From NCBI GenBank assembly GCA_035367155.1, contig DAOSJI010000001.1, positions 85,621 through 149,620 on the forward strand: a stretch of 64,000 nucleotides of DNA, given 5' to 3'. The translations under genes and the position numbers were made by a program. Positions 56,996 through 64,000 of the stretch are shown here, piece after piece. How positions within the stretch are numbered: position 1 is the stretch's first letter; each line of letters begins with the position of its first letter. Source of the stretch: Bacilli bacterium (GTDB lineage: Bacteria > Bacillota_I > Bacilli_A > RFN20 > CAG-826). Under the pieces are notes generated by a model, which worked only from the letters and a program-made list of their open reading frames with translations, was not told the origin of the DNA and made no database searches.

Positions 56996-57093
56996 TTAGA
57001 AATCATTAAATAAAAAATAATAAAACCTAAAATTAAAATCGCACTTATAAGAGCAGCAATACTTGCTTTGTCTAATTTAGGTCTATTTTTCAT
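56992..57093 (-). CDS. candidate 33-aa single-pass membrane peptide (not in the ORF track)
   Basis: My translation is MKNRPKLDKASIAALISAILILGFIIFYLMISK. Its ATG overlaps the nadE TGA and its TGA overlaps the ruvA ATG, so there is an ATGA junction at both ends. Confidence 0.45.
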   Translation of the reverse strand: MKNRPKLDKASIAALISAILILGFIIFYLMISK

Positions 57094-57827
57094 CGCTTTT
57101 TCCTAATATATGGTTCAGGTTGAGGAATTGGAACACGTTTATGTTCACTCACACGATGAAGATAGGTGATGCGCTCTTTAGAAGCAAGAGGAATATCTTG
57201 CCCTAATAAGAAATTGTCAAGATGTTCGTAAGTTACGCCTAATTCTTTTTCATCATCTTGATCTTTAAAAAGTCCTGCACTTGGACGTTTACTAATAAAA
57301 TGTTGTGGAACACCTAAAATACGAGCGACTTCTTTTACTTCTCTTTTCGTTAAATGGATAAGTGTATGAATATCAAAAGCTCCATCACCCCATTTAGTAA
57401 AATAGCCTGTATAGTTTTCACTTAGATTATCAGTACCTAAAACTAGCTTATTCATCGACTGACCTAAAGCATATAATGTCACCATTCTTAAACGCACTTT
57501 AACATTGGATTTGCTTAATTCAGTAAGGTTTTGCTTAGTTTGCGCTTCATATGTTTTAACTAACTCTTGATATGTTTTTGATAAATCAACACAGGCAAAA
57601 GGAATCTTTTCCTCTTCTAAATATACTCTAGCATCACTAATATCTTTAGGATCACTTTCTATATCAATTACAAGACAAAAGAGTTTATCTCCAATAGCTT
57701 TTTTTGCAATTTTTGCCACAACAGCACTATCTAGTCCGCCACTAACTCCTAAAATGTAACCATTAAATGGACGGGCATATTCTTTTAAAAACGAAACTAA
57801 ATAATCAACATACTTTTCTAAACTCAT
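57090..57827 (-). CDS. nadE: ammonia-dependent NAD+ synthetase
   Basis: PP-loop SGGLDS. 245 aa. Confidence 0.9.
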   Translation of the reverse strand: MSLEKYVDYLVSFLKEYARPFNGYILGVSGGLDSAVVAKIAKKAIGDKLFCLVIDIESDPKDISDARVYLEEEKIPFACVDLSKTYQELVKTYEAQTKQNLTELSKSNVKVRLRMVTLYALGQSMNKLVLGTDNLSENYTGYFTKWGDGAFDIHTLIHLTKREVKEVARILGVPQHFISKRPSAGLFKDQDDEKELGVTYEHLDNFLLGQDIPLASKERITYLHRVSEHKRVPIPQPEPYIRKKR

Positions 57828-57838
57828 TTTGTTATCTC

Positions 57839-59122
57839 CTATCTAATATATTCAAATTCAAAATCTTCTAAAAAGACACGGTCCCCATCTTCAAGACCTA
57901 ATCGTTCAAGTTCTTCATCAACACCAATATCACGGAGAAATTTAAGAAGACTAAGCAGAGCTTCATCAGTACTTAAATTAAAGCGATGATATTGCGCTAC
58001 AACTTTTTCACCTACAATACGATATTCGTGTTCGCTTAATCTAATAACTTTAAAGATTGGTTCTTCTTTTTCCATTTCACTAGCTTTATATATTTTATAT
58101 GTTTCTTCCTCTTCTAGAGGGATAAAACTAACTGGAGGTATTTTTTCTAATTGGTCTGCTAGAGCATATACTAACTCATCAATTCCTTCATGAAGAAGGC
58201 TTGAAACTGGATAAACTTTAATACTAGGATATTTTTTGTTAAATTTAGCTAATTTTTTCTTACTATGTTCTGTTTCAAATTTTGTTGCAATAACAATTTG
58301 TGCTCTTTCTATTAAGTGATAGCCATAAGCTTTAAGTTCATCTTGAAGGAGCTCGTAATCTTTAACTGGATCACTATCACTTTCAAAATCAAGAACTAAA
58401 GCAAGTAAGCGACATCTTTCAATATGTTGTAAAAATTGAATCCCTAAGCCTTTACCTTGACTTGCACCCTCAATTAATCCAGGAAGATCAGCAACAACAA
58501 AGGATCGACGATCTTTTGTTATCGTTACGCCAAGTTGCGGCGTTAAAGTCGTAAAAGGATAATCTGCTATTTCAGGTTTAGCGTTAGAAATAACACTTAA
58601 AAGCGTACTTTTACCAACATTTGGCATACCTACAAAGCCAACATCAGCAAGGAGTTTAAGCTCAAGTGTTAATCGATGTCTTTCTCCTTTTTCACCATTT
58701 TCAGCAATTCGTGGTGCTTTTCTTGTTGATGTTCTAAAAGCAGCATTGCCGCGTCCTCCGCGACCACCTTTAGCAAGGAGTACTTCTTTTCCTACTTCAT
58801 CTAAATCAGCAAGAAGCTTATTTGTATCAGTTAGATAAACAAGAGTACCAACGGGAACTTCAACAATTAAATCTTCACCTTTTCGTCCAAAAGAATTTTT
58901 AGATCCACCATTCACGCCGTTTTCTGCTTTAAGTACCTTGTTAAAACGAAAATTGCTTAATGTTGAAACATTAGTAGTTGCACGAAAATAAATTGATCCT
59001 CCGCGACCACCATTACCACCATTTGGTCCACCAAAAGGAACATATTTTTCGCGACGGAATGAAATCATTCCGTTGCCGCCGTCACCGGCTTGCAGTTCAA
59101 CATTAGCTTTATCTATAAACAT
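57839..59122 (-). CDS. obg: GTPase Obg/CgtA
   Basis: Glycine-rich Obg fold (GGNGGRGG), G domain (GMPNVGKST, DLPG) and a C-terminal OCT domain. Confidence 0.95.
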   Translation of the reverse strand: MFIDKANVELQAGDGGNGMISFRREKYVPFGGPNGGNGGRGGSIYFRATTNVSTLSNFRFNKVLKAENGVNGGSKNSFGRKGEDLIVEVPVGTLVYLTDTNKLLADLDEVGKEVLLAKGGRGGRGNAAFRTSTRKAPRIAENGEKGERHRLTLELKLLADVGFVGMPNVGKSTLLSVISNAKPEIADYPFTTLTPQLGVTITKDRRSFVVADLPGLIEGASQGKGLGIQFLQHIERCRLLALVLDFESDSDPVKDYELLQDELKAYGYHLIERAQIVIATKFETEHSKKKLAKFNKKYPSIKVYPVSSLLHEGIDELVYALADQLEKIPPVSFIPLEEEETYKIYKASEMEKEEPIFKVIRLSEHEYRIVGEKVVAQYHRFNLSTDEALLSLLKFLRDIGVDEELERLGLEDGDRVFLEDFEFEYIR

Positions 59123-60081
59123 TATTTTTTATTTTCCTTTATAGATTCAATAATAAAGAAAGGTCTTTTTTGTGATTCAATGAATGTTTTTCCTACATAG
59201 ATTGCGATTAATCCTAAAGCAAACATTAAGAAAGTACCAACTAATAATATCATATTTATAATTAGCCAAAGAGGATGATTTACTCCTACTAGAAGGCTAT
59301 TATTAAATAAATTAATTAAAAATAACACGAGTTCAGTGACAAATGATAAGCCAGTCATAATGGCTAGAAAAACTGCTAATTTTAAAGGCCAATAAACTGG
59401 TTTAATTGTCGTTGAGATAATCGAATTAAAAGCAAGATCAAACATTGAAGCAAAGTTATAATGTGATTCACCTTTTGGTCGTTTTGGTCTAGCAAAAACA
59501 ACTTCGCCAGTTTTATAGCCAACATATGGGACTTGTACACGGAAAACGCGGCTTGATTCAGTTAGTTTTACGACTTCATCACATACTCTTCGACTAATTA
59601 AGCGGAAATGACCTACATTTTGTGGAACTTTTACTTTTCCAGAAATGCGGTCTAGCACTTTATAAAACTTATTTGCGGTATAGCGTTTAATAAATGTGTC
59701 TTCTTTTCGACTTGCTCTTCTTGCATTAACAACATCATAGCCTTTGGCAAAAAGTTTAAGCATGCCACTTATTACTTCAGGCGGATCTTGAAGATCAGCA
59801 TCAATTGGAATAACTGCATCACCACTAGCGACGCTTAGACCTGCTGCAACTGCACTTTCATGACCAAAATTACGCGATAAGTTAACAACGCGAAGCATAG
59901 GATATTTTTTCATTGCCTTATATAGAAGATTAAGCGTTTCATCCTTACTTCCATCATTAACTGCGACAATTTCAAATTCATAATCTTTTTCTTTTTTTAT
60001 GACTTCCATCAATGTACTTAAAAAAAGCTCGACCATTGCTTCTTCATTGTACATTGGGACTACAATTGAAACTTTTTTCAT
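59122..60081 (-). CDS. family 2 glycosyltransferase with two C-terminal TM helices (polyprenyl-phosphate sugar transferase type)
   Basis: VVPMYNEE, NDGSKD and DADLQDPPE motifs. The stop overlaps the obg start (TAATG). Confidence 0.85.
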   Translation of the reverse strand: MKKVSIVVPMYNEEAMVELFLSTLMEVIKKEKDYEFEIVAVNDGSKDETLNLLYKAMKKYPMLRVVNLSRNFGHESAVAAGLSVASGDAVIPIDADLQDPPEVISGMLKLFAKGYDVVNARRASRKEDTFIKRYTANKFYKVLDRISGKVKVPQNVGHFRLISRRVCDEVVKLTESSRVFRVQVPYVGYKTGEVVFARPKRPKGESHYNFASMFDLAFNSIISTTIKPVYWPLKLAVFLAIMTGLSFVTELVLFLINLFNNSLLVGVNHPLWLIINMILLVGTFLMFALGLIAIYVGKTFIESQKRPFFIIESIKENKK

Positions 60082-60112
60082 AATTACCTCAACTTTGATT
60101 ATATATTAAAGT

Positions 60113-60140
60113 ATAAAAAAAGACCACAATATGTGGTCTT
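60113..60140 (-). terminator. intrinsic terminator after the second mgtE
   Basis: 8-bp stem agaccaca/tgtggtct followed by seven U on the - strand. Confidence 0.8.
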
Positions 60141-60166
60141 CTAGCCACTTAATCTTTAATGCTCCA

Positions 60167-61531
60167 TTACATAAATAAAAGCATAATAGAAGCAACAATA
60201 TAGTAAGTTAAAATTGCGATAATATCTGCTAGAGTCGTTAAAATTGGTCCAGATGCATTGTCTGAATCCATATCTCTTTTTGCAAAGAAAATTGGTAAAA
60301 GTGTACCAAGTAAACCAGAAATAAACATTCCAGAAAATAAGGCAAATGCGACAGTTAAGCCAAGTTTTGCAGGATGAATGATAACACCCGCACTATTTAC
60401 TTGTTTGGTAATAAAAGAAAATAGAGCTACTATTCCAAAACCAACTAGCGCACTTATTAGACAATTAAAGATAATAATTAAGAGTTCCTTTTTTAAAAAT
60501 TTACGGCGATCATCTTTACTTGAAAGTTCATCACGATGAATACCTAAAATTGTAACTGCAAGATTTTGTGTCCCAATATTTCCTGCCATATCAAGTACTA
60601 AAGGTTGAAATAGCACAAGAGCAAAAACTTCACTTAACGTTAACTCAAAAGCAGGCACCATGATAAAAAGAAAAGCAATTAAGATATTTAAAATCGTAGT
60701 AATTAACAACCAAGGAAGACGTTTTTTACTTCGCTCAAAGCCTGAGTATGATTCATCATGCTTAGGTAGAAAAGCTAAACGATTATATAATTCATCATAA
60801 TTGTTAATTAGTTGTTCTAAGACGTCGTCTGCAGTAATAATACCAAGTAAATAGCCTTGATGATCAACGACAGGAAGTGAAGTTAGGTCATAGTTTTTAA
60901 CGATTTCAATCGCCTCTTTTATCGTATGGCTACTATAAACAAAATGATATTCGCTATTCATAAGTTCGCTAATTTCATCATCAGCGCGAGCAATAATTAA
61001 ATCTTTTAGGGCTAAAACACCAACAAGTTTCTCTTCTTCATCAATAACATAAATATTATCGATAAAATCATCTTCTTTTACATTGTTAAAGATATATGAG
61101 GTTGCCTTTTTTACAGTCGTATCAACATTAATTGTTAAAAATTGCGTTGTCATAATAGAAGGGGCAGTATCGCTAGAGTAAATTAGTAAGTCTTTAATAA
61201 TATTTGCTCTATCTACTGAGACAAAGCTTAGTACATTTTCTTGTTCTTCCTCATCAAAATAGGAGATAAATTCTTTTAGTTCATCTACTTCTAGATTATT
61301 TAAAATTTGTGTTTTTCTTTCTTTAGGTAGCATTTTAAAAGTTTCAATTTGTTGATGTTTACTAAGACGAGAAAACACCTCACTTGAACGCTTAACACCA
61401 ATTAAATTAAAAACACGAAGTTGTTCTTTACTATCAAGTTCACTAAAAACTTCTGCAATATCATAAGCTTGCATACTTTTAAGCTCTTTTTTAAGGGCAT
61501 AGTTTGATTTTTTAAAGTCTAAATTCATCAT
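60167..61531 (-). CDS. mgtE: magnesium transporter MgtE (paralog 2)
   Basis: MgtE N-domain, a CBS pair, and a TM domain with the GNIGTQ motif. Confidence 0.9.
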   Translation of the reverse strand: MMNLDFKKSNYALKKELKSMQAYDIAEVFSELDSKEQLRVFNLIGVKRSSEVFSRLSKHQQIETFKMLPKERKTQILNNLEVDELKEFISYFDEEEQENVLSFVSVDRANIIKDLLIYSSDTAPSIMTTQFLTINVDTTVKKATSYIFNNVKEDDFIDNIYVIDEEEKLVGVLALKDLIIARADDEISELMNSEYHFVYSSHTIKEAIEIVKNYDLTSLPVVDHQGYLLGIITADDVLEQLINNYDELYNRLAFLPKHDESYSGFERSKKRLPWLLITTILNILIAFLFIMVPAFELTLSEVFALVLFQPLVLDMAGNIGTQNLAVTILGIHRDELSSKDDRRKFLKKELLIIIFNCLISALVGFGIVALFSFITKQVNSAGVIIHPAKLGLTVAFALFSGMFISGLLGTLLPIFFAKRDMDSDNASGPILTTLADIIAILTYYIVASIMLLFM

Positions 61532-62898
61532 AACATCCCCACTTTCAAAAGTATTAAAGTAGCTAGCCCAAAATAAACAAGCGTTGAGAAAAAGTCGATA
61601 ATTGTTGTAATAAAAGGTCCACTTGCAACAGCAGGATCAACCTTAATTAACTTAAAAAAGTGCGGTATTGCAATTGAAAGTAAACTTACAAGCGAAACAA
61701 CAATTACAAGTGAGCCTCCAATAATTGAGGCAAAAATAAGAGCAACTTGAAGCCTAGAAAAGTTTTGAGCACTTTCAGGAAGACCAAGTTGAAGGAAATA
61801 AACAAATAAAAATGAAAGCACAAATGTAATAAAGCCAAGTAAAAGACTCGTAATTAAGTTAGAGACGAATTCTTTACCAACTTCTTTTTTACTCATTTTA
61901 CCTTCATTGGTAATCGATTTTAGGGCTACAGCAAGCGTCTGAGTTGCAACATTTCCTGGAGAGGAAAGCATTAAAGGTTGGAAAAAGGCTAAAATTGCTA
62001 TTCCGCTGATGCTTGCAACCATAAAATCAGAAAAAGTCATCAGTGGAATCGAAATAAACATAAGGATAATGAGCCAAGGAAGCCGTTTTAGGGCAGTTTT
62101 TAGCCAAGAATCTCGCTTATTAGTTGATGGCAAGGCAGCTAGTTTTTCAAAGTCCTCTTCTGCCTCATGAGTAGCAATATCGATAATATCATCAAGAGTT
62201 AATATCCCAATTAATTTATTATCTTTATCGGTAACTGGAAGTTCATAAAGTTCATAGTTTTTCATATCATAAACAGCTTCTGTAACTGGAGAATTATCAA
62301 TAACTTTAGGAATATCGATCATGATTTCTTCTATTGTTTTAGGGCTTCTAGCCTTTACTAGTGTTTTTAGGTTAACTGCTCCAAGATAATGACCCTCATT
62401 ATCAACAACAAAAAGAAGATTAATACTTTCAGCATCATCAGCTTGTTTAATTAGACTTGTTGTAGCCTCTTTAACATCCATTTCTTTCGTAAGCGAAACA
62501 TAATCATTAGAAATATAGGCACCTACAACATCATCATCGTAGGTGATGATTTTGCTAACATCTTCTTTATCAATAAGAGATTTAATAATCTGGTCGCGTA
62601 GTTTACTATCTTCATAGGATTGAAGAATATCAACCGTATCATCAACATTCATCTCATTAAAAATAGCAATTTGTTTTTTACTATCAAATGTTGCTAAAAG
62701 TCTAGCAGCATCTCCATGTTCAAGATAGGCGACAATTTCTGCTGTTTGTTCTAAATTTAGATTATTAAAAAGAACATTAATCTCTTCAACAGACAATGTT
62801 TCTAGACTTTTAGCAATATCAAAAGCATGGAACTGTTCGAGTTCTTTTTGAAAAGTTCTTTTACTTAGTTTCTTTGCTAATAAGTCCTTTAACATCAA
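61528..62898 (-). CDS. mgtE: MgtE-family divalent cation transporter (paralog 1)
   Basis: Same architecture as paralog 2, but the pore motif diverges (GNVATQ). The start is TTG 62898 or ATG 62895. It overlaps paralog 2 by 4 nt. Confidence 0.85.
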   Translation of the reverse strand: MMLKDLLAKKLSKRTFQKELEQFHAFDIAKSLETLSVEEINVLFNNLNLEQTAEIVAYLEHGDAARLLATFDSKKQIAIFNEMNVDDTVDILQSYEDSKLRDQIIKSLIDKEDVSKIITYDDDVVGAYISNDYVSLTKEMDVKEATTSLIKQADDAESINLLFVVDNEGHYLGAVNLKTLVKARSPKTIEEIMIDIPKVIDNSPVTEAVYDMKNYELYELPVTDKDNKLIGILTLDDIIDIATHEAEEDFEKLAALPSTNKRDSWLKTALKRLPWLIILMFISIPLMTFSDFMVASISGIAILAFFQPLMLSSPGNVATQTLAVALKSITNEGKMSKKEVGKEFVSNLITSLLLGFITFVLSFLFVYFLQLGLPESAQNFSRLQVALIFASIIGGSLVIVVSLVSLLSIAIPHFFKLIKVDPAVASGPFITTIIDFFSTLVYFGLATLILLKVGML

Positions 62899-62951
62899 TG
62901 TTTCTCCTTTTTTATAATCTAGATACGAATATCCTTTTTTATTTTACCTTA

Positions 62952-62970
62952 TTAGGTTAATAAAACCTAA
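62952..62970. promoter_or_regulatory. DtxR/IdeR-box-like 19-bp palindromic operator upstream of mgtE
   Basis: TTAGGTTAATAAAACCTAA matches the consensus TTAGGTTAGCCTAACCTAA at 15 of 19 positions, and both 8-bp outer arms are perfect. Confidence 0.4.
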
Positions 62971-62975
62971 TTTGG

Positions 62976-63006
62976 TAAAAAAAGAATCGCCGGTTAGCGA
63001 TTCTTT
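62976..63006 (-). terminator. intrinsic terminator after rpmA
   Basis: 9-bp stem aagaatcgc/gcgattctt followed by seven U on the - strand. Confidence 0.8.
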
Positions 63007-63026
63007 TGTTTCGTTAATTTTTAACG

Positions 63027-63320
63027 TTACTTAAAAGGGTAAACGCTAACGCGCTTTCTACTTTTGCCAAGACGTTCATATTTAACGACGCCATCAACAA
63101 GGGCAAAGATGGTGTCATCGCTACCGCGTTTTGCATTAATGCCTGGATAAATTCGCATACCGCGTTGGCGATATAAAATTGAACCTGCTGTTGCAAATTG
63201 GCCGTCAGCTTTTTTAGCACCTAAACGGCGACCACGTGAGTCACGGCCGTTTTTAGTACTTCCAACTCCTTTTTTCGAGGCAAAGAGTTGTAAATCTAAG
63301 ATATATCGTAATGTTTTCAT
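63027..63320 (-). CDS. rpmA: 50S ribosomal protein L27 (with N-terminal propeptide)
   Basis: [28 protein letters not shown] is the typical Firmicute pro-L27 cleavage motif. Confidence 0.95.
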   Translation of the reverse strand: MKTLRYILDLQLFASKKGVGSTKNGRDSRGRRLGAKKADGQFATAGSILYRQRGMRIYPGINAKRGSDDTIFALVDGVVKYERLGKSRKRVSVYPFK

Positions 63321-63331
63321 AATTCTCTTAA

Positions 63332-63640
63332 CTACCTTTCTTTTATTTTTATGTAACTACCATATGTTTGCTCGATTGTACGAAGACTTGTTAGCATCGT
63401 ATTTATAACTATTTCATCATGAGCATTCATTTTTGGGGCTACTAGAAGGAGGCTAATTTCTCCTTCATTGATCACGATTTTAAAGTCGTGATGATTTTCT
63501 AGTGCATTTAGAGCACCGATTGTTACTGCACTTACGGCAGCACAGACGAGATCTTGTCCTTTTGGAGCGTAATTGGCATGGCCTTTAACTTCCACATAAC
63601 CAATTTGATCTCCTCTTTTTTCAATAATTACCGTAATCAT
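63332..63640 (-). CDS. ribosomal-processing cysteine protease Prp
   Basis: GHA...LVCAAVS catalytic His/Cys motif. Lies between rplU and rpmA (ysxB position). Confidence 0.85.
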   Translation of the reverse strand: MITVIIEKRGDQIGYVEVKGHANYAPKGQDLVCAAVSAVTIGALNALENHHDFKIVINEGEISLLLVAPKMNAHDEIVINTMLTSLRTIEQTYGSYIKIKER

Positions 63641-63954
63641 TATCCGTTAATCGTGGAAATTTCCACTAACGTATATGGTTGTCGGTGACCAAGCATTCTT
63701 TTTTGGTTGGTCTTAGCTTTGTATGTGAAGACTTTAATTTTTTTGCCTTTGCCATGTTTTACAACATTTGCTGTAACGGTAGCACCTTTTAGATATGGTG
63801 TACCAACTTTGGCTTTAGCTTTTTCGCTTCCGATTAAAAGGACTTTATCAAAGGTATGAGTTTTTCCTTCTTCGGTTTCAAGCTTTTCAACAAATACTTT
63901 ATCTCCAACGGCGACATGAACTTGTTTTCCACCAGTTTCGATAATAGCGTACAT
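63640..63954 (-). CDS. rplU: 50S ribosomal protein L21
   Basis: [11 protein letters not shown]... is a typical L21 start. 104 aa. Confidence 0.95.
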   Translation of the reverse strand: MYAIIETGGKQVHVAVGDKVFVEKLETEEGKTHTFDKVLLIGSEKAKAKVGTPYLKGATVTANVVKHGKGKKIKVFTYKAKTNQKRMLGHRQPYTLVEISTING

Positions 63955-64000
63955 ATGAATACCTCCTCGTTTATATTCACTATCGACTCGCTTTTAAGGT

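Noticed and set aside
62899-63026. M-box (Mg2+) riboswitch upstream of mgtE.
   Set aside because: Only about 128 nt are available, and about 30 of them are the rpmA terminator. I see none of the conserved M-box helices.
63014-63220. 68-aa ORF overlapping rpmA in another frame.
   Set aside because: It is embedded in the unmistakable L27 gene.
63955-64000. L21 (rplU) leader RNA at the right edge of the window.
   Set aside because: Only 46 nt are visible, which is too little to judge.
1-64000. Mycoplasma-type genetic code (UGA read as Trp), CRISPR arrays, tRNA or rRNA genes, and IS or prophage content.
   Set aside because: TGA terminates well-supported genes (ybeY, nadE, the Asp23-family gene) and Trp is encoded by TGG. 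I found no repeat-spacer arrays, no tRNA-like T-loop sequences in the short spacers, and no transposase, integrase (other than XerD) or phage structural genes.

Overview
This 64-kb chromosomal window comes from a low-GC bacterium (about 30% GC by eye). It uses the standard genetic code, since TGA and TAG both terminate well-supported genes. Gene content and Bacillus-like synteny fit Bacillota or wall-less relatives such as Acholeplasma, but that placement is only a guess. I call about 61 protein genes, almost all housekeeping. I found no rRNA, tRNA, CRISPR array, transposase or prophage genes. The left block (1-28.6 kb, mostly + strand) holds deoC, rpsU, ybeY-cdd-era-recO, glyQS, dnaG-sigA, trmK, a Nif3-like gene, ispH, cshB-nfo, feoAB with a DtxR-type regulator, ispG, rpmG, efp, plsY, parEC and yqeG-yqeH-yhbY-nadD/yqeK. 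The right block (29-64 kb, entirely - strand) holds rplU-prp-rpmA, two mgtE genes, a GT2 gene, obg, nadE, ruvAB, secDF, recJ, relA, T-box-hisS-aspS, tkt, asp23, nusB, xseAB, dxs, dinB, xerD, deoB and an ABC importer. The two blocks converge on a 385-bp gap holding a dif-like 28-mer and two phased DnaA boxes, which suggests a replication terminus. Other points worth a second look are listed below.
- A dispersed family of 11-nt-phased AGTA(G/A)TT arrays sits just after stop codons at five to six loci.
- recJ carries an in-frame TAG, followed by 106 more open codons that encode its C-terminal domain.
- An orphan MazF/PemK-like toxin with a long N-terminal extension sits where the ABC ATPase gene would be expected.
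- A C39 peptidase fused to an ABC-type membrane domain lacks an ATPase domain.
- A compositionally atypical lipoprotein with OB-like and Big_2 domains replaces apt.
- Transketolase has a KE-repeat tail.
- A 33-codon membrane ORF is coupled by ATGA overlaps at both ends.
- A DtxR-type operator lies upstream of the tandem mgtE genes.
I did not identify a multi-gene novel system with confidence.
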